Virus record (IMG/VR): IMGVR_UViG_3300033983_000012
Span: 1-55,815 of that record
Source of the DNA: a virus
Lineage: Duplodnaviria; Caudoviricetes
DNA length: 55,815 nucleotides
Strand: one strand, 5' to 3'
In this document: positions 50,693-55,815 of the stretch, piece after piece
How positions within the stretch are numbered: the stretch's first letter is position 1
How the letters are laid out: each line of letters opens with the position of its first letter
Notes under the pieces: generated by a model
Told to the model about the DNA's origin: nothing
The model's database searches: none
The model's input: only the letters and a program-made list of their open reading frames with translations
Program-made: the position numbers and the translations under genes

Positions 50693-53600
50693 TTAGAAGG
50701 AGATGAAAACGGATAGGTCCGCTCCTGGAACGGTCGTTCCTACGGCCGCGATGTCGAGCGTGATACTTGCCCCGGCTAAGATTGGCCCCGCCACTACCGT
50801 CGAATCAGTACCCGCGGTCGTTACCGAGGTGCTGCCAGCCGGCACCGTAAGCGTCAACCATAACGCCCCGTCCACGTTGATATTGAACGTCAGACCCGCC
50901 CCGGTTGGAGCCGTCTTGACGTATGCCGTAACGCTCGAAGCCCAGCCCGCGCCGGACACAGCCGGAGCCTGATTCCCACCAATCGCCAACGTCCCGTCTA
51001 CCTGGAGGGTAACCGACGAACCGGGGTTGCTCACCAACAATCCGAACCCGGTGACCCCCGTGAAATTGGCGGTAAACGTTGGCGACTGTCCGTAGATGTT
51101 CAGCACATATCCGTCTACCGCGAGCACCCGCTTACCCGGCAGCGAAACATCAAACACCCAATCCACCAGCAGCGGGTTCACTTCAGCCGTCCCGATCCCG
51201 TAGAAGAACCCGGGCGGGAAAACTTCGTTTTGAGTGGTGGTGGCCACTTCCCGCAACGTCGCTCCACTGGCGTGGGCAATCGGCGCTCCAGCGCTTCCGT
51301 CGGCTTTGCACCCGCGAGTTACTGCCGCGCTCAACGAAGTGATCGTGCCAAGAAGCAGGATCTCACCGTCGATCTCTACCATGTCGCCGGTGGTCAAAGC
51401 CCCCCACGCATCCACGGAAATTGAGGTATCTCCCGTCCCGATGGCGGCCGTCAGGTGCGCCGCCGCCGGCAGGGAGTCATCGACATAGTAGGCTGCAAAC
51501 GTGGCCGAGTAGACCGTGCTGAGGTTCGTTACGTCTGCGAACGACAGCCCGTTCAGCTCCAAAAATCCAGCCGGCATGGAACTCGATGGCCCTGCTCCGA
51601 ATGACGGAATGGCCGGCAAATCGCTATCATGCACCGGCTCGGTCGGCACCGGCGCCGGCTGCACGTCCGCGGGCTTCGGCCCCACCGTCTCGTCATACAT
51701 GCTCGCTGTGACGGTCTTTCCGATCAGGTCAACCGACCAGTCCCTGTTGATGCGCATGGACTGAACCCGGAAGTTCATCACGCCGCCCGGTATGTCTCCA
51801 TCCGTGATGCTCGCCACCGAGCCAGCGTCCGTGTCCAGCGCCAGGATCGTGCTGCGCCAGGTGGCAATGCGCGCGGCGTCTTGCTCGGCCTGGACCGCCC
51901 CGCCCATCTCTTCGCGCGCCCGGCCGATAGCAATGCGCGCGGCCTGCGATTTCGTCGGGCAAGCGGTGACCGGAAACTGCTGCGCCAGGGGATTCTGGAT
52001 GCGGTTGTTCCGCGCGGCCAGGTCCTGGTCAACGTAGTCCACCGCGTTGGACTGAAACTGGTACTCCTGATCCGAAAACTGAATCGTGAGCTTCTCGAAC
52101 TTTGGCCTTACCGGCGTGAGTTGCAGCGACTGAAACAGGATGTTCCCAGAGGTGAACGCGCTCACGGCCGAGGCGTTTGAGCGGCATCCAAGCTTCAGGC
52201 TTCCGAAGCTCCAGGTGTAATATCCGAGCGCAGTGTTCAGAATGCTCTGAATCCAATCTCGCGTGGGCTTCCGGTCGTCGATGACGCCCTTGAAGCGGAA
52301 CTGGGTCTCGGTACCGGTCCCAATGATCACCGGTACGGTCGCATCGGCAATGGCAGCGGCGGCTACCGCCGAGTTCACGTCGAAATAGCCCGTCTGAGTG
52401 CTTGCCGAGGCCCCGAGCATCCCGATTGCCCGCAAGTAGGTATTGATCGCCACCCAGAAGGGATTGGCGCAGCCTGGGATCTGGAACCGCAGGCCGCCGG
52501 AGACCGGCGTAATGGTCAGCGTGCCTCCAGTCCCATAGACCGCGCTGGAGGGCGTTGAGACCTGAAGCTCTATGAGATTGGTGCCTCCGGTTTGGAAGGC
52601 CGCCACAACCAGGGCGTTCGTGACGTTCATGTCCGACGAGGAATTCCCGGTGATCGTCGCCAGGTCTCCTGGACTCACGTTCGAGACATCGCCTGTGGTG
52701 AAGGCGTTGATGCGTTGAAAGTTTCCACCCGGCTCGAGGTCTTCTGGGTCGGCTTCCGTCAGAGTGAACGGGCCAGCGGCGCCACCGCCGCCCGAGCTGC
52801 TCCAGGCGTATCCGGTCAGCCCCAGGGAGACCAGTGCGATCAACGTGTGCTGGCCGGGCGAGCTTACGCCCTCCGTGCTGGCCTTGGTGCGCCGGATCTC
52901 GCATAGCGCCGTGCCGGCTGAGTAGACCAGGTTGTAGCTGGAGGTGGTATCCGCGCTATGGCCATCCCAAGCCGGGTCCTCGACCTCATCCATTGGAGAG
53001 CCATCGGCGGCCTGCGTAAACCATCCAGCCGGCCGCGAGCCCGAGCCGGTCACCCTGCCGAGGCTGAAGTAATCGTGCGTGCCGGCGGGGTCCGTCCCCA
53101 ACGCCTGTCGAAGTCCATACGTTGGTATCGCTCCGGATTTCAGGTGTCCCGTCGAATCGACCTGGAAGCCGTGATTCGGCTGGCCGTCCAACGTCGATCC
53201 CATGAACGTGTCTGGCTGAGTGGCGCCGTATGACGTCCACATCTGGGGCGAGGTGAACGCGCCCAGCGGCCCGCGCCCGACAATTCCCAGGGCGATGTAG
53301 AACTGGTCCTCGTCGCGGCCAGCGGCGATCTTGCAGGCCACCGGAAGCCCGTATTGCGCTTGGCCATCATCGTTGTGCCAGATCTCCGGCAAGGTTCCGC
53401 CGAAGATATTATCCGCGACGATAGAAGCCATGGGATACCAGTTGGAAACGGTATCCAGCAGTGCGCCGAACGCCCCACCAACTACCCCGAAAACCAGGCC
53501 CACCCCGACTCCCGCAGTGAATCCCAGGCTACCCGACCGTAGAAGTACCGTCTGCGGAGAGCAGTACGTGGCCCCGTAGGACTGGTTCGCCTGGTGCGCC

Positions 53601-54631
53601 ATGCAACCGTTGGGCGTGTTATACCCCTGGTCGCAAGAGGTTGGCGACGCGCTCGGGAAGTGCGTGGTATCGCACGTCCCTGTTGCCGGGCAGCCATCCA
53701 GCTTGTACCGCCGCCAACAGGTCCGAGAGATCGAGCCGATGGGAGAGGAAAGAGTCAGCGCCGAGAGAATGTCGCTGGCTTTCAGTACGAACTCCGGCCC
53801 AGCGTCCGACTTCCAGTCGATCACGTAGCCGGCCCAGAGTTGCAGGATCGTCCCGGTCAGCCCAACCGGATCATCGACGTGAAAGAGCGAAAGCTCGACG
53901 CGCGCCCACCGGAGTTGCGTATCGTTCGCTACCTGGACCATCACGCGATCGGCATTGCCGAGCGTGAGTGTCACATCGTCGGTGGACCCGTCAATGCTCT
54001 GAGTGAGAATCGCATCGCCGCCAGGCTCATTCATCCGGAGCAGCCGCGGCAAATACAGTTGGCTCCCAATGGTCACCCGCCGATCCGAGAGAAAGATATC
54101 CGGCACGGTGGCGTCCAGCACGCGAATCCGCACAAGCGGAATGATCTCCTGTGCCTGTGCCTGCAACGCGGTCCCGAGCGTCGTACCCGGAAACCGAGTC
54201 ACTGTCGCGTTGACGGTGTATGTCGGCCCCGTCGTCGGCACCTCGACGAACGTTAACCCCGCCGAGCACGTCGCATTCGTCAGGTCTTCCAGCGTCAGTG
54301 GCGCGTTGTCGAAGCAAACCGTCTTCGTCGTGGTGGTCTGATCTTCGTTCGGAGCCGAATAATAGAACGGCACATTCGGCCCCTGTACCTCGTCGAAGAA
54401 ATCCCGCAGTTGCTTCCGTTCCGCCAGGCTCAGGAACTGCCTGTGAAACTGATATCGTGTCGCTGGATCTCCATAGTAGTACCGCTGCTCGATCTTGGCG
54501 TTTGCCGCGCCGAAGGTGTGCGTGATGACCTGGCGTTTCCGCGCCTTCCCATGGGCGTAATCTGTCACCAGCGGGAAGGTCGCCGAGGGCGAAACCGAAG
54601 GCACCGTGATGCGGCCGATTACATCGCTCAT
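50693..54631 (-). CDS. Central tail/baseplate hub (host specificity) protein
   Basis: 1312 aa; N-terminal distal-tail-like domain, CWRRY...C...CD...C cluster, RFKGVID...WIQSIL hub region, C-terminal beta domains. Confidence 0.85.
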   Translation of the reverse strand: MSDVIGRITVPSVSPSATFPLVTDYAHGKARKRQVITHTFGAANAKIEQRYYYGDPATRYQFHRQFLSLAERKQLRDFFDEVQGPNVPFYYSAPNEDQTTTTKTVCFDNAPLTLEDLTNATCSAGLTFVEVPTTGPTYTVNATVTRFPGTTLGTALQAQAQEIIPLVRIRVLDATVPDIFLSDRRVTIGSQLYLPRLLRMNEPGGDAILTQSIDGSTDDVTLTLGNADRVMVQVANDTQLRWARVELSLFHVDDPVGLTGTILQLWAGYVIDWKSDAGPEFVLKASDILSALTLSSPIGSISRTCWRRYKLDGCPATGTCDTTHFPSASPTSCDQGYNTPNGCMAHQANQSYGATYCSPQTVLLRSGSLGFTAGVGVGLVFGVVGGAFGALLDTVSNWYPMASIVADNIFGGTLPEIWHNDDGQAQYGLPVACKIAAGRDEDQFYIALGIVGRGPLGAFTSPQMWTSYGATQPDTFMGSTLDGQPNHGFQVDSTGHLKSGAIPTYGLRQALGTDPAGTHDYFSLGRVTGSGSRPAGWFTQAADGSPMDEVEDPAWDGHSADTTSSYNLVYSAGTALCEIRRTKASTEGVSSPGQHTLIALVSLGLTGYAWSSSGGGGAAGPFTLTEADPEDLEPGGNFQRINAFTTGDVSNVSPGDLATITGNSSSDMNVTNALVVAAFQTGGTNLIELQVSTPSSAVYGTGGTLTITPVSGGLRFQIPGCANPFWVAINTYLRAIGMLGASASTQTGYFDVNSAVAAAAIADATVPVIIGTGTETQFRFKGVIDDRKPTRDWIQSILNTALGYYTWSFGSLKLGCRSNASAVSAFTSGNILFQSLQLTPVRPKFEKLTIQFSDQEYQFQSNAVDYVDQDLAARNNRIQNPLAQQFPVTACPTKSQAARIAIGRAREEMGGAVQAEQDAARIATWRSTILALDTDAGSVASITDGDIPGGVMNFRVQSMRINRDWSVDLIGKTVTASMYDETVGPKPADVQPAPVPTEPVHDSDLPAIPSFGAGPSSSMPAGFLELNGLSFADVTNLSTVYSATFAAYYVDDSLPAAAHLTAAIGTGDTSISVDAWGALTTGDMVEIDGEILLLGTITSLSAAVTRGCKADGSAGAPIAHASGATLREVATTTQNEVFPPGFFYGIGTAEVNPLLVDWVFDVSLPGKRVLAVDGYVLNIYGQSPTFTANFTGVTGFGLLVSNPGSSVTLQVDGTLAIGGNQAPAVSGAGWASSVTAYVKTAPTGAGLTFNINVDGALWLTLTVPAGSTSVTTAGTDSTVVAGPILAGASITLDIAAVGTTVPGADLSVFISF

Positions 54632-54635
54632 CGGG

Positions 54636-55043
54636 CTACGCCACCTCGATCAGATCGAGCGTGCAATCCGCGCGCGGAATATAAATCGATTCGTTCCAGT
54701 CGCCGTTGAACCGCACCGTATACCTGCCCTGCGTCGACACTCCCGTCGCGTCGTAGTTCGAGCCGACCGGCTGCCCCGTGGCCGGCTCAAATGGATCGTA
54801 GAAATAAAACGCGGTGTTCTGGTTCCCCGTCCAAAACGTCCACAGCGCCGCAATCACGCTGGCCACCAGCCGGCGCCGCAGTGACCATGCCCGCCGGCTC
54901 GTGCTCACCATCGCCATGGATTGCCGAGACCCATCGTGGTACTCATTGACGCGCGACTGCCAGTTCCTCTTCTCGCTGAACGCCGTACACAGCGATGCCG
55001 GAAGCACCCCGGCGGGCACCGCGTTCTGGACTGACCCAGGCAT
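54636..55043 (-). CDS. Distal tail protein
   Basis: 135 aa right after the tape measure gene; RRAWSL...FYFYDP...YTVRF...LIEV. Confidence 0.8.
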   Translation of the reverse strand: MPGSVQNAVPAGVLPASLCTAFSEKRNWQSRVNEYHDGSRQSMAMVSTSRRAWSLRRRLVASVIAALWTFWTGNQNTAFYFYDPFEPATGQPVGSNYDATGVSTQGRYTVRFNGDWNESIYIPRADCTLDLIEVA

Positions 55044-55669
55044 TTAGAATGCTACCGTATCCGGCGAAAGCATCGTGTTCGCTCCGTTGATCCGCGCGGA
55101 GCCGGCCATCTGTCCGTTCACTGCCGAATCGGCGACAGCTCGCGGCCCTCCAGCGATGGCCGCCGCGGTGCCGGTGGACCAGAGGTTCGCGGTCTGCTCT
55201 GCGGACACCTGCACGATCACAGGGCCGCTCCCGGCGTAAGGATTGCCGGTCGGAATGATCCCGCCCCCGGCTGGCCCGAGAACTGGCAGATTCGAGGCGT
55301 AGGTGTACGCCGTGCCGTTGTTATACACGGCAGACTGGTTGAGCACGCCTCCGGCCTGGGTGAGATTGACACCATGCGGATCGCTCAGGAAAAGGCCGCT
55401 CTTTTGGCCCGTCGATTCGGCGTACAACTGCAGAATCTGGCGCACCTCAGGGCTTCGCACCGCCATGCTTACCGAGTTTCCGTATTTCTGCTTAGCCAGC
55501 TCCGCAATCTGCCGCGCCGTCTGGTCGTTGATGGTCAGGCTGTAGATCTGCTTGATGAGCCGTTTCGCCTCGTTTTCGGGCGTCTCGACCCCCGCGAGCT
55601 TCTCGCCGATCCCCGCCAGCGCCCCGGCGCCTGCGCCAATTGCCGCCCCCAGCGGCCCGCCCATCTGCA
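55044..55669 (-). CDS. Tail tape measure protein, C-terminal part
   Basis: GGAMIGMQMGGPLGAAIGAGAG repeats; same frame as 1..2941 after circularisation; stop at 55044. Confidence 0.92.
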
Positions 55670-55815
55670 TCCCGATCATCGCGCCGCCGGCCGCACCCAT
55701 CCCCACGCCACCCCAGGTCCCCCGGCTTGATCCGAGTAGCCCCTGCTGAGCGAGCATAGATCCGCCCGTGAACAGCGCCGCCCCCGCGACTCCGTTAACG
55801 CCCGTGATCCTGCCC
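55670..55815. repeat. Terminal direct repeat, right copy
   Basis: Matches 1-146 with one mismatch; indicates a closed 55,669-bp circle. Confidence 0.97.

Noticed and set aside
99-55749. Many long plus-strand ORFs (e.g. 5133..6422, 8862..10619, 28762..29970, 37611..38657)
   Set aside because: Antisense shadows of GC-rich minus-strand genes; Arg/Gly/His-rich with no motifs or RBS.

Overview
The window is a complete, circularly permuted genome of a GC-rich tailed phage with a non-contractile tail. Bases 1-146 repeat 55670-55815 with one mismatch, giving 55,669 unique bp, and the tape-measure gene reads in frame across the join. Almost every gene is on the minus strand. The early/middle block (about 40750 to 20130) holds ribbon-helix-helix regulators, an annealing-type protein, an SMC-like ATPase, C5 and N6 methyltransferases, GIY-YIG and HNH endonucleases, VRR-NUC, a DUF1376 replication protein, a HerA-like ATPase, DUF5131 and ASCH proteins. 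A late promoter near 20100 precedes HNH, ParB-methylase, a lambda-like cos region, TerS/TerL, portal, a protease-capsid fusion, tail genes, a lysis cassette and two signal-peptide-bearing fibre-like genes. No integrase, partition system or CI-type repressor is visible. Two small proteins resemble families I associate with Acidobacteriota (Bryobacteraceae), so that host is an inference. The most notable observations are: (1) a bacterioferritin homologue with a degenerate ferroxidase/haem site between portal and capsid; (2) two free-standing endonucleases inserted into gene termini, each carrying a synonymously recoded replacement of the disrupted terminus; (3) a lysis cassette pairing a membrane-anchored coiled coil with a beta-barrel-like protein, followed by apparently secreted fibre proteins; (4) a 12-2-12 palindrome between duplicated fibre-gene ends; (5) a probable antisense small RNA. 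All family assignments come from motif recognition by eye; no database searches were run.
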